Shown piece by piece: positions 51,601-64,000 of a DNA stretch of 64,000 bases. The notes below the pieces were generated by a model. The model was given only the letters and a program-made list of their open reading frames with translations, was not told the origin of the DNA and did not search any database. The DNA comes from Phoronis australis (taxonomy: Eukaryota > Animalia > Phoronida): positions 382,912-446,911 of the forward strand of contig NMRA01000364.1 of assembly GCA_002633005.1 (NCBI GenBank), given 5' to 3'. Position 1 is the first letter of the stretch. Each line of letters begins with the position of its first letter. Position numbers and translations under genes: made by a program.

Positions 51601-54600
51601 TACCACAAAGTGAGTGTTTTTGAGATAGAGATCAACATCTTTTCGTATTTGGTCCTGGCGATCTGTGTTGGGTTTCTGAAAAAGATTCAACATTAAACAC
51701 CACACTAGCACCAAAAAGAACAAATCTACGAAAAAAATTAGGGGCACACATGCCAACACAAAAATCAAAATCATTCCACACAAAATTTTCAATTTCTAGA
51801 TTCTCAGTTCTGATAATTAATTTTCAAAACAGCAATTTCAATTTGATAAAAATCATTAAATAAAGAAACTATAACACTGTTTAACCCACAATATGGCAAA
51901 CTTGAGAACACGTTATTTGTCAAATATCTAAAAAAGAAAAGTTAAGTCTAGGAAATTTTAGCCCATCACACAAGCTTGGCGTGTACTGTATAGATTTAAA
52001 AAAATATTTTGTGAAATTTACATTATTGTAACAAAGTGATCAGCAATTGAAAACTGAGAAAAACGAATTTGGAAATTATTTTTGAAGTACAAAATTCTTA
52101 GTTTGCATGGACGCAAATTAATTGAAAAACATTCCAATCCAACCTGCATTACACAAAACTACACCCTTGAATCTCTCATGCAGTCACTGCAACATTCAAT
52201 TTCTAGTTGGACAAAGTTCAAAATAGTCACACGTCATGCATAGAGGTATACCTTGTTGACACCTAACTGAAAGAGCTCCTCAACCTGGCAGGTGAAAAAT
52301 AATGATTGACGGGATGAGTGGCAGGCGCATTTCACAGGAGAAAAAATGTGATTTCATAGTGACAAAATAAAAAAACGTCACCAGACAATGTTGTCCACAT
52401 CATAAACCTACAATCGCATACCGCGCCCACACTGTTGAGGGTTTGTATAAAGGACCTCAACCCATACATTGAAGTAATGCCAAATACCAATAAATGTGGG
52501 AGACAGTATTAACCAGGGACTAATCTCCTATGTATTCAAGTGATCAAAACTTGTCGTGGTAACGTCCCAACTCAGTGTTGCAGATTGTGACAGACACTGA
52601 CACAAGTGAGCTATATAGCTCCACTTTTTGTCATTCAAGCGTTTCAAAAATTGTTTTCCAGTTTAAAAAGCAACTGAAACGTGACTAGCCGAGTTCCCTG
52701 TAGGGTGACCCACAAACACAATATTAAACAAATTTCAAGGTCTTTTTTCTAGGAGTTTTCGAAGTACGTTCAACAAAATCAGGAAATTTGTATACTATTT
52801 TACCGTTGTTACTAAATAAAATTAGCAAATGAATTTTTGCACGTGAAAGGGAATGTAATACACACGTATATTTATTTTCTGAAGAATTAATATCGCTGAC
52901 TCAAATTATCTTCTCGAGACGCCAATTATATTTGATTGGTAAAATGCAAAATATTAAGAGGTCCTTATTTATTGCGATATTCAACAATTCAAAACATAAA
53001 TAATGCATGTACTCAAGAATTGAAAAAATAAACAGATAAGTAAACTAAATTATCTCACAATATGTTTTTTAAGATAACAATTCTAAAATTATTCATGTTC
53101 AAGCGATAAAGAGCTTCTAGTTTGTCCAGTTATTTAACAATTTGTAGTCAATGTTAAAATTCAGAGATAGGCAGCAGACAAACTAATTAATTCTGACATA
53201 CGTCACAAGATGTCACTCTATTTCTTTCACAAGACAACCGTTGTTTTCCTATCAAATTAATCTCTGACTAAATCAAGCAACAATAATGGTTCAGTGCACG
53301 GAATATGTCTTGAACTCTACAATTTAAACGGACAAATATCAAGATATAATTTTTTGCATCTCCACCTAGGCAACGGTCGACAACCTCCCGCCTGACTGGT
53401 TGGTAACTAAGGGAGTATGAATATTAGATAAGGCGACTCAATCAGTGAGAGGTTCACCTGATCCCGACTTAAGTATTTACATAGACATATTGATCGGGTT
53501 GATTTTGTGAGCACTAATACTTTCCCATGTTTGTCCATTTTTGTCTAGAGAGTCAAAGGTAGGCAATCAAAAATAACAGGACAGTTTTATGTTTGGACTT
53601 CAAGATCTCAACATAAATGTTAATACAACTGCTATCATTAACACTTATTGCTATCATGATAATTATATGAATGTTTTTTTTTCAGCAACATTTCTTCTGA
53701 AAGTACAGACGTCATGAAAATTTATTGATTACCTAACGAGAGGACCTCATCGATGAGTCTGTGTATTAGCTAAATATCTTCTAAACCCAGTAAAAGTGTA
53801 TTTTCTGACAGGATAAAACCTGCAGTAAACAGCAAAAAAGCAAGATATACTGACAATAAAACAGCAGTATCAAAACACGCGACCATGTTTCAGTTGATAT
53901 AAATGTTCAACATGAAATCTCACAGACATTGTTACAACTTTCCAAAAGATAATTTCTGTTTCGTTCTATGCAACTTTTTAGATTCTCAGTGAAAACTGTA
54001 AAACTCGTATTTTCATAGCCCCTCATGAATAAGTGGGTAACTAAAAATAATTCCTAACTCTGTGTTGAAAACCAGCACACAGAGCAGGTTTTAAGTGAAT
54101 CTAATAAGCCATTTAGGAAATATATTCCGAAGTTAACCAAATTTGGACATTTTTCTCAGGCCCAACAAAACCTTAAATTTAAAGTTAACCACAGTGAATG
54201 TAATGGACGACAAGAAAACCAGATTATAATACTCTCGTTGTTCTTAGCTTCTGTATGGTACGGTGGAGATTATTAATAAACAGTCAACATGCTAAGCAAG
54301 TCCCGATTTCATTTTACTCCCCATCAGCACATGGCAAACACATTTTTGAAAAGCTTTGATTAACTAGAGGATTATCATGCTTGCTTTTAAGATAAAAGAC
54401 TGTTGTTAACATGATAGCGTTTCTCTTGACTTAACCAATCTCCAGGATTTAAATTTTTTATCAGGCAGGTAATGGAAAGAAATGGACATGCCCAAGGCAT
54501 GCATAGTAACAGCACTTAAAAAAGACAAGCTGGATATGCGAATAACAAATAGAAGATTTAGTGATGGCCAATGATTTATGGAGAAATTTTGATAAGGGCA

Positions 54601-57600
54601 TGGCAAAATTTAAATATACTATAATCATCTCACAAACCTACTCTATTTAAACTGAGTAGATCTCAAAATTGAGCACTAACTTGAAAAAATAAAATTTAAA
54701 GAGATTTTGCGAGTAGTTGACAACACAGACGATTTGGTCTGTTGTAATGTCCAGAGACTTGTGAGACTAATCATTAACTTCACCCAGAACACTGTCAACA
54801 CATGCGTTTTAAGCACCAAGACAATATAAATGAGAATATTCTATTTCAAGTACGCATCGGCAAAGAAATTGTGTTTGAGAGTAACAAAAATAAGGGCGCA
54901 CACATGCGATTACAGAAAATTTCAAGCTTAAGATATCCACCCTATAACCATGTTCGTGAATTTTCGACGATATCCTGCTGAGTGCACAGTTCTGTTGTCC
55001 TCGGCTATTTATGCTCAACCACTGATTTTTGAATTTTTTATTAAATATAAAAAAGAACCCATACATTGTGTCCATTTGAAATGCGCCGAATTAAAGTTAT
55101 TCAGTGCCCCTCTGCTATAAAAAATCAGGGGCCATATTAATTTGAGTTGTCCCCAGGCATAACAATTCTTCCCCCAGTCTCCGGCCACAATGCTCCTCCC
55201 TCCCGATCAGTTCAATTTATAAGCTGTCCCTCAGGTGGTCACACTTCTGACCCTCCCCCACTCTGATCATAGCAACTAATGAGCCATCCTCCCACGAGAT
55301 ATCAGTTTTCATTTGTAAGCCCATCCCAGTAACAAGGTGGTGTGCTGAAGCTGTAAAGGTTCTTATCATAGCTAATAAGGTATAATCCGGCATTGCTCCC
55401 TGAACACCTTGAAAATGAACCCTTCTAGGTAAGTATACCTACCCCTTTCATATGAGTGATCTGTTGCCGAATAGCTGGGTTGCTGAAGTAATGCTTCACT
55501 GGCTTGTCGTGTAGTCCATCATACAGTAGTGTGGGTCGCTGAAACAAGAGAGAGAATTTTTGGATTGGTTAGAACTACAAGTTTGAATATTTTCAAGTAT
55601 TTGACATACAGCAACCAAAGAATGAAGAAAATTTTACTAAGTTTTAGCCAATGCTCAGCCCTTTAACAGAACTGGAGGTCCACCGGTGGGCTTTTCACCA
55701 CTTGGTGAAATGGATATAAACCTAAAGAATGGGAGGAAAATTCTTGTTCAGTGTGTTAGTACTAACCAAATCAAATTCCCCTGGCACATTTAGAGAATCG
55801 CAAACAGTCTTTCTGGTTGTATTTCGCCTCATTTTACCTGCCATCTCCTCTCCTTAGTTTTTTACCTAATAGCCTCATACAGTTACAGTAGCCAAGTGCC
55901 AGCCAAGAGCCCAGTGAAGGCTTTACTTCATGAGTTCACCGGTAGGTTGAAAAATGCAAATGGCGGAGTGAAAAGCAAAAAGTAAAAAATTGAATCTTAG
56001 AGTGAATAAGTTCTTTCGAAAGGCTTGATTTCTGTGCAGTTATATTTGTTGTATTATTTCTTAAGATAAATGTGTTCATGCGATCGCAATTTTGGTGAAT
56101 GCGTGTTAATGATTAACATGTGATTCGTGTGTGATGTGTATGACACTTGATTCTACACTTTCACTGTGGAGATATCCAACCCTGTTTAAGGGTTGGTTTA
56201 CCGACTAAGTTGTTGACAAGCCAAATCTGAGGTACACTCCCACTGCAAAACATCCCCAGGACAGTGATATCAAAAAGGGAAAATTTCATCGAAATGCGCC
56301 TGATTTCCTCAAACGTTACAGTGAAAACTTAAATTTGAAGAAAACACAAGGAAAAATAAGCTGCAAATTTAGCACAACATCCTCCAATTTCATTTCATCA
56401 AATTTTTTAGAAAACCACATTGTCCTCGTTATTATTAATTGGCAGCCCTTAACTGAGTATCTATAAATTATAAACAATGGCCACATATAAATCTCAAAGA
56501 ATTCTCATAATGAACTGACACAGAAATGTAAATTGTTAATAAATATAAATCAAGGCAATTCTTATCATTTAAAGTAATAATTACCTACTCCAAATAAATG
56601 CTACAATAAAATATTGACTGACTGACAATGACAGTGAAACTTTAACACATACTTGCATTTAGACAGAATAACAGGAAATTACATGTTAAGAGTGTCTCAG
56701 CGGAATCAAAACCAAATAGCACAAAATTTGAAGAGGGATTCATTAAAAATACCATTAAATAATCCATCGGATGACCTCTTAATTAATTACTTAGTGTGAA
56801 TTCATTGAATAAAGGCCAGTTCCTTAGGATCAATCATTGAACTTTGGGAATCATAATTCAATACATACGATTGGATAGATAAGTTATTTATTCTTGAACA
56901 AGCTAAACGCAGAGTTCATTTTACAGATCCAAAATAACCTTATTTGTATGTGATGAGTGAAACAAGTGATCTTTGAGACACGTCTAAGTAATCTTTCAGT
57001 GCAGGGTTCAATTTTGTTAATTTTTTTGTTCGTACCATGATGAACAGTAATTATGCTCAATTGTAATATATTTTTAACATAAACCACAAAACGCATTGCT
57101 TATAAGATGTTCAGTTAGCAGAAGATAAGCTTGTGCACCAAATAATTTTATACAATGTATTGGCAGTCTTGTGAGAATAATCAATAAATCGGTAACTTCA
57201 CAGATGATCACATCCATGCCAAGACTATAGTGACCAATAAATAATCAATGAATTGCCTGGTAACACCAGATTACATCTGCTCACTGTCTGCATCATTAGT
57301 TACGATTAACTCGCTTCATCTGCTCGAAGTTCGATCAATTCTAAGTTTGCTTCTTGGTGACTGCCCGGTAGTAAAGTTGTGTGAACAAACAAAATCACTT
57401 CCATGGTTTCCCCTAGGCAATAAATATCAATTTTTGGCTTCCCGTAGCAGCAATTCAATGAGGATATCAATTAAAATCGTATTATTCATGCGAAGTAAAA
57501 TGTTTCTCCATTCCCACAACTGTGTGAAATCAATCATAGCGTGAAGAAGATTCTAAATACGCAGGCCCCCAACAGCCAAAAAAATTGAAAGTTGAGTTGC

Positions 57601-60305
57601 AATTTAGAAAAATATAAGCTGTGTGAACTTTTACTTTTCAGATTCTCCTGAAAAAATCAATAAACTTCAGGAACTGAAGTTGTCATTAAACTTGTGTTGT
57701 CATGGATTTGATAAAGACAACGTTGTTTTGAATGCAAACATTGTAATACTACCAGCCTATGAGATAAGAAAGTGACTTTACAAATACACTTAAAAGAAGG
57801 CTAAAGTGAAAAACCCATACCATTTCATTGTATCTTGTATTGTCATCAACATCTCACAAAATAGCAAAATGTTAATTGCAGTGTTAAGCGTAGTTTTGAG
57901 TCAACTTACGAACAAGGACAAAAACAGTCTCAAGCATGTCTGGGGCAATGTTGTTACTGAAATATGATGCATTAAGCTAACACTTGCAGCCTCTAGTAGA
58001 CAATGTAGAGCAATAAACATGTGTTAGCCGCAGATAATACTGTTTTTGAATCACCAATTCCGTAACAGCCTTTGTGCGAATATCATCTCAATGAGTATAT
58101 TTCCACTGAGCATACAAGAAAAGCTATATACTAAATACACGCGTGTTGTTTGAGCATTATGCTCTCCAAAAGGCCTGACGCTTGGCTTTCCTGGGATTAC
58201 TTAAAATAATAATTGTAGAAATAACCATTAAACAATATGTACGTCCTGAACACACAATGGCCATTCAAATTTGAAAAACAAATAATGTGCTTAATACTAG
58301 CGGATAAAGTCATAACAAACTACTTAAGAAACTGTTAAATTACTTGAAGCTATATAATGCCAACTAGAACATATACATTTAAAAATGTTATACACTGCCA
58401 AAAACATTTTGCAAGGATTTAATGGCATTTATGAGATTTCCGTCTATAAAATCACATCTGAAAATCTGTTTACACTGCCAAAATAAGGGTGATGAAATAT
58501 TAAACAGATCCAATTTTAAATCACTAGTGTTGCTTACAAAAACCGACATTAATTTCATTAGGCATACACAATACAGAGAACAGTGTTCTCACACATTTAG
58601 ATAAACTTCCAATGAAAATATGACAAGCCATAACTTGATGTTACAGTGGGAAATCGTTTTTCAAGTGAAACAAGTTACACAACACTTGAGATTCTTCTGT
58701 GCTGTGTTGATTGTCCCACATTGTCAAGGTAATTCTGATCATTCACTTTTACCTTGTCTCAGTTTGAGTTCAACGAGAGCTAACATAGAATATCTTGTGC
58801 CATGTCAATTTGTACCATGTGAACACAGCATCACAGGAAAGAGCCCAACAGTTGTGAATTTCTTACCTTTTTCAATGGAGGATGATCGAGTTGGGGTGAA
58901 TATGGACCTGATAAGTCAAAGCCATCTTCTAATCTTTTGACTTGAAAATAATATTGCCTGCAAAGAAGTATTGTTTCAATGATTATGACATAATGTCTTA
59001 TTTCTTGCAGCTTGGCCTTGCATCCATGATACAAAGCGTAATTTCAACAAATAATAGTCATTGCCATCTACATAAAATACTACGTCACAATATTTTAGCA
59101 ACATGGTTTTTTAACTCTGTATATCCATGATCCTTTCGCAATTTCTCATGTGAACGCCAAAATGACAAACCAGGGGAACATTACACTTTTCAAAAAAGAA
59201 TGGTACGTCAAGTCATTTAAATGTAGGACACGTCCAGTTTAAGGCAAACTGCAATACATAACTGCTCGTTAAAGTAAAATTGAACATGATCATAGAATTG
59301 TGATTAGAAGATGCAAAAGATTTTCATTGGTGAGGTAAAGGAAACACAATGCAAATGCAATAGCTATAATCACAAATATGCCCAGAAAATGAATTTCCTC
59401 AGTATCCGACTAATTTGCTATATACAATGCAAAGCTATTATCAGAAGCTACACTATTATAGCAAGCAACAGAAACGAATCTGCCATTAAAAAGAAGATGA
59501 AAGACAAGAGTTGATTAATAGCATGTATTTGCATGTTATTAAGACTTCCATGGTGCTTAATACAGAAATCAATTTTAATGATTACGATGAAACTGTATCC
59601 ACTCAGTAGGTCTACATGTTATATTATTACTAAACACATATTGTATTGCCTCGTATCATAATTCTTATATATATATAGCCCTGAGGTTGCTTAAATTCTC
59701 AACACTGTCCGAGTAGCCTACTTATCAATGTAAGGCTTGTAACAATTTAAGCAATAAATTTGGAGAACACTTCATGCCAATCCAATTGGCTCACAGCAAA
59801 AACATTGTCTCTAGTTTAGTTATGGCTCTGTACTGTTGAAGCTCATTCATATTAGGTTGACAAATGTGGGTTTTTATGACACAGCCAGGTATAAATAATT
59901 AGTTAATTAAGCAAAGGCCATCTGTGCTGAGAACACGTCAGTCCTCTTACTCTTAAGCCTACTCTTAGACTTAGGCAAGAATGGTGAACCCGACAGTATT
60001 TAGTTTACTTGATAGCAGTACAGGTCGGTTTCACGAAGGAAAGAAGACTTATAACAACTTCACACAAAATGTAAACAATTAGCAACGAAATCAAATTTTC
60101 TGGGATCGGCTGTCATCTGTGGCTGAAAGGCTGAGCGGGACAGTAAACGCGTTGAGAAACTCATCCGTGGAATGCTACGAGTGAACGACCGAACTTCGTG
60201 GCATGAAATCCAGTCAACGACACGAATCAAAACCCATCTAGTTATGGTCAGAGTAAATACTTACAACTTCTTTGAGACTGATTTGATAATGTCCTGGGAC
60301 GACAT
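30620..60305 (-). CDS. PLAT/LH2-domain and ankyrin-repeat protein, ~1312 aa, 22 exons: 60305-60265, 58957-58867, 55538-55443, 51675-51604, 48510-48407, 47148-47040, 46883-46803, 46174-46013, 44234-44086, 43163-42457, 41331-41228, 40676-40415, 39544-39392, 39009-38207, 37741-37715, 36971-36787, 35917-35802, 35323-35197, 34770-34573, 34222-34129, 33349-33197, 30724-30620
   Basis: Exon phases chain consistently into a 3939-nt ORF starting MSSQDIIKSVSKKL and ending FLDAIRAEYGDDL*. PLAT: YKVIVRTGTRIGASTKADIFLILYGERG..FQKGQKDTF..LGKLDKIKIGH..GWFLGSVTV..YEFPCDKWLS. Ankyrin repeats: NVHEAAKSGNLERVKEL, TPLHISSTHGHVEVVRWL, TAMHLASLNGHVQCM, SPLHLASMRGHLETVKWL, GRTPADVA. The 5' exons are less certain than the PLAT/ANK exons, and additional exons may have been missed. 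Confidence 0.82.
30975..31213 (-). mobile_element. tRNA-derived SINE with 15-bp TSD, in the last intron of the PLAT-ankyrin gene
   Basis: Minus-strand head ggcagtgtggcctggttgataag (A box) and ggttcaagtccc (B box), with an AT-rich tail. Flanked by tctagatcaaaccta at 30960-30974 and 31214-31228. Confidence 0.85.
36172..36516. mobile_element. Intronic MITE with ~28-bp imperfect TIRs
   Basis: ggggtctgtttcatgaaaagagacttaag versus right end cttaagtcactttcatgaaacataccac. Confidence 0.65.
42700..42800 (-). repeat. Coding 24-bp repeat, (G[AV]GTP[SG]M[NS]) about x4, in exon 10 of the PLAT-ankyrin gene
   Basis: Translation VGTPSMSGAGTPGMNGAGTPGMNGVGTPSMNG. Confidence 0.85.
44740..44893 (+). repeat. 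39-bp minisatellite, about 4 copies (intronic)
   Basis: ggaatatg recurs at 44762, 44801, 44840 and 44879; unit tgttgaaaggaatatggctgtcaatggttggtcataatg. Confidence 0.9.
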
Positions 60306-60611
60306 GTTTACTGCACCGTTCTAAATCTACAATGACTCTAGTCTTTAGAATCACATTTCAGCGATCAATGGTTTATGGTTGTGAAGAACCTATTCACAAA
60401 TTTGCCATAAACACGTTTATACGCCGGGCACCTGTTTATGAAATAGTTCTACAGCTAACAGTAAACTAGACTTAATTAAATCCTCTGTTCCACTTAAAAA
60501 TTGTAGTTATCTTTTATGTAGAAAACAATATATTTTTTAGAATTTCTAAAAAAAATCTTAACATATCTTTGTCAACGTTTGCGTAGTAATTATAGAAAAG
60601 AAAAGAGCTCT

Positions 60612-60626
60612 GTTACTATGGATGAC
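60612..60626. promoter_or_regulatory. RFX X-box-like element upstream of the PLAT-ankyrin gene
   Basis: GTTACTATGGATGAC is an imperfect match to GTNRCC-N0-3-RGYAAC and lies about 310 bp upstream of the ATG. Confidence 0.4.
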
Positions 60627-63600
60627 CTACCGCAAGGTAACCTATTTATTGATTTAAGGGGAAGGTCATGAAATTGAGGTCAGATCATACATAGACCCGG
60701 CCCCAAAGACTTTACTGTTAGTTCATCGCCGCGGCCTCAATGCTCGGGTGTACGCTCCGCATTGCCACATCAAGTTTGTGGCGACTAATTTGACAAAACA
60801 TTCATCTGAATTTTTGTTTCACCACCATAAACTACCAGCTTGACAAGCAAGACTATTTGTCAAACTGTGCTCAATTTTCTTCTAAATTAAATGAAATTGA
60901 AATATTACTATCGATATTTTTGTAAAGTGTATTTCTAATCTTTTGTTTTAGACCACCCATATCGTTATCATGAAATTGTTTTCAAATTGTTCCTTAGTCA
61001 ACTGGATAAATTCGGACCTTGGAAAGAACTGACAGTTCGTTATTGCTGATCAGGGTCATTATTGGGTAATATGCCGGACTGTCAGGTCGTGTCCGGCATT
61101 TTCCGCGCCAAGCATGGTCGATTTAAAGTACCATGGGTCCTCTCCTGCCCAGAACAAAAATTCTCCTTCTGTTCTACTTCAGTCGCCCATTCAGCCTCCT
61201 ACCAAGTCTCCGGGTCCTAGCTCAGCCCCACCCGTGGTAAGCGCTCTTACGGCGCGGTGTCGGGCCCTGTACTGAAGTAGAGAGGGTGACAGTGACACTA
61301 TGGTCTATTCACGAGAGGGACCCCTTTCCCATGCGGGAGTTGTTGGCCATATAGCAGACGAATGGGAAATCAGGTACTAGAGACATGTACAGCGAATCCT
61401 TTCTCGCCGGAAGGTTCCCAACTAAGGGCCACTGATGATTGGTCCATGCATCGATGTAGGCCTATGTTCCGTAAAGCTTCTCAGAAGTTTCTTGTATCTG
61501 TGACGGAAACAAAGGCAAGTTCTGATGGTAACAATTCTGTTTGCTACTTAGCCTGATGATTTACATTTAAATTGAAAACACGTGCTACCGGATAATCCGA
61601 AATGTTTTACTCCCAGAAATGAACAACTCATTTTACCTTGAAAAGCGGCATTTTCAATTTTCGCCATAAAATCTACCGCTCAGAGAGACGCAGTTTGCTT
61701 TTAGCTTCACAATGACACCAAAATCATAGAAATCCGCCAATTCACCAAAAAGAAATTTGATGTTTTGTCGGCATAAAATGTAGAACAAATTACGTCCTCA
61801 ATCCATCTATGCCGCGGGGTAAATTGACTTCATAACTGTTGGAAAGATGGCGCCACGGTTGTAAACTTCGCACGTGCAAGCCAACTCAGGCATTTCTGAC
61901 CGATGCGGACTCGGAACAGTCGCGAGATGTGACCGTGCTGAAAAAGAGGGTTGTTTTGAATTTTACGAAGGCAGGAAAAAATCAACAGTTTTGGAACATT
62001 TTCTGGTCGTACTCAAGGGTGTTTTTATGAATTATAAACTACGAAATAAGCAACAAAGACGTTGGACTGGTTTTGGTTCGAATGGAGTTGACAAACGTCT
62101 GATCAAAGCAGAAATTCATGTTCCACATAGCTTCATAAAACTGTTGGAATTCAACAGCCTGTTTCTACATGACTGTCATGAGTGCATTTGCCAGGTGGGA
62201 GATTAGTGCCGCATGGGGGGACAATCGACCCCACACGGATTCGAACAAAACTTACTGAAAATTCGGGCAAACAAAGAAATATTTGGTAAGCGCGGAATTC
62301 ATTAGAAGAACACGGGAAAGACGACAAAAATACACAGAAAACAAGAAGATGGGAGGATTGTCGGGGGGAAGGGGAGGATTCAAGTTGGCTTTGGCCGCAG
62401 GAGGTGGTCACGGGTGATGTGCGGCGGAATTTGGTGGAGACTGGCCCGGTACTAGTTGTGGCGGCGATCGAGGAGTGAATGTCATGGCGACTATGAGCGG
62501 GGGGAGGGCTTCACCACAGGACAAATTGTTATTATATGCTCAATCCCCGAAATCCAGAAATTATGTCCAGATAGGCATGGGATTGGGGACGTATAAGAAA
62601 CGCGGAAGAAGCTTGATCGAGGAGCCGGCCTGGCACCCCAACTATAGTTTGCAGCAATGTGCAAATGAATTTCGCCACTTTACTTTACACCAAAGGCGCG
62701 TATGGGGAATCAAACTTTAACAACGGAAAGGCATAGGCTTACATTCACAGGGGCATGTAGGCCTACCTTCATTATAGCAATACAAAAGTGCTCAAGCATA
62801 CGCAGGGTGTCTGAGAACATCGGATAAATGTATGCTAACTAGAAACAGTGTTAATTGAGCCAGCATAAAAGCATCTCGAGGCTATAGCTGAATACACATT
62901 AGGGTGACACTTGAGACTTGAAAACATCCACCCGAATTGGTTGTAGGCCCTCACAAATATTCCTCCTCAGGACCTTCAGTTTGATACTCCGATTATTTCC
63001 GGGCCCAAAAGAGGGCGTAAAATATCACAGCCTTATGCTTCGGTGAGTCTTGCAAGTCCCCTCTGCAAATCTTTCCCAAGTTAGAGTATTGATGGCAAGG
63101 CTGGGGCTTATTCCAGTGAAAGTGATGAAATCTATATTTTAACCCTTTCCTAGTTGCATTACATAACAAGTTTAACTGAAGTTTATCCCAAGTGCAAAGG
63201 GCCTCCGTCCCACGAACCAAATTCCAAACAGACTCAATGCGTTCTGTAGAACACATCACCAAAAACTTGCTATAGCTGCAACGACAGGTCAAAACAATTT
63301 GGTTTGGCAATAATTACTGTAAATACACATCTATCATTTATATTCACATTTTTTGGTGTTTCGTTATACAGGTGACACTCCAATTAATTGTACGCCTATC
63401 TCCATCAACTTGGAACTTATACATAGAGTTCTATGGAACAATACGATCGAGTAAATACGTTAACGTATTTGTTATTCATTTGCTCATATAACGAAAAAAG
63501 TGAACCCTCACAAGTGCGCCTCCTTCAGTTGAATGATCAAATGAATTCAGACCCTGGATTCAACTGGTAGCGGTCATCAACTGCGAAAATATATTTATTT

Positions 63601-64000
63601 TGTCTAAGATGGCCAGGATACGTTGAACGACCTTGCGTTGTATTGTGTTTGACAGTTTACTTTGGACGTCTTCCCAATTGACAAGGTTCTGTGTGATTAT
63701 GGCCTTCACAGGGTTATAATTAAACAGGCCATACGTTAGTCTTGAACATTGAACCACTTAGTTGATCGCGCGACGTGGCTGAACCGGCAGAAATTGCAAA
63801 GGCGCAAACTGCAAGACACGACATATAAGCAGAATGGAAAGTGACAAGTCAGCGTATCCGTTTTCGCCCTTTTTTATGAAAAAAATTAGAAACGTGTTTC
63901 TTGTCTAGGCCTGGATAAATTCCGTTTTCGGCAGTTTTTAGTATTTTTCGAACGAAAGTCTATAATCGTCGCTTACCGATGTTCCACATTTTGAGGACAA

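Noticed and set aside
62993-63757. ORFs 62993..63310 and 63560..63757
   Set aside because: Non-ATG starts, no recognisable domains and no consistent exon chain.
1-64000. Prokaryotic systems (CRISPR array, operons, retron/DGR-type RT)
   Set aside because: The DNA has spliceosomal introns, SINEs and MITEs. The RT is a non-LTR retrotransposon type, and no repeat-spacer array is present (the 39-bp repeat is head-to-tail without spacers).

Overview
This is AT-rich, intron-containing animal genomic DNA, probably from an invertebrate (the taxon cannot be determined from sequence alone). It is not prokaryotic, so most entries in the ORF track are spurious or single exons. Manual splicing gives four minus-strand genes. 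(1) A tandem array of three paralogous 4-exon genes (about 6.7-10.4 kb, 16.5-19.6 kb, 24.2-26.7 kb) encoding small single-pass receptors. Each has one cysteine-rich domain with BCMA/TACI-type spacing (C-x12/13-C-x2-C-x3-C), no death domain, TRAF2-type and dileucine motifs in the tail, and an NF-kB-like site just upstream. (2) A 22-exon gene of about 1312 aa (30.6-60.3 kb) with a PLAT/LH2 domain and ankyrin repeats, a GC-AG intron, a candidate RVxF microexon and an RFX X-box-like element. The rest is degenerate LINEs, a tRNA-derived SINE with a 15-bp TSD, nested MITEs, HINE-like repeats with CTCF-like motifs, and mini/microsatellites. All family assignments come from motif recognition; no database search was run.
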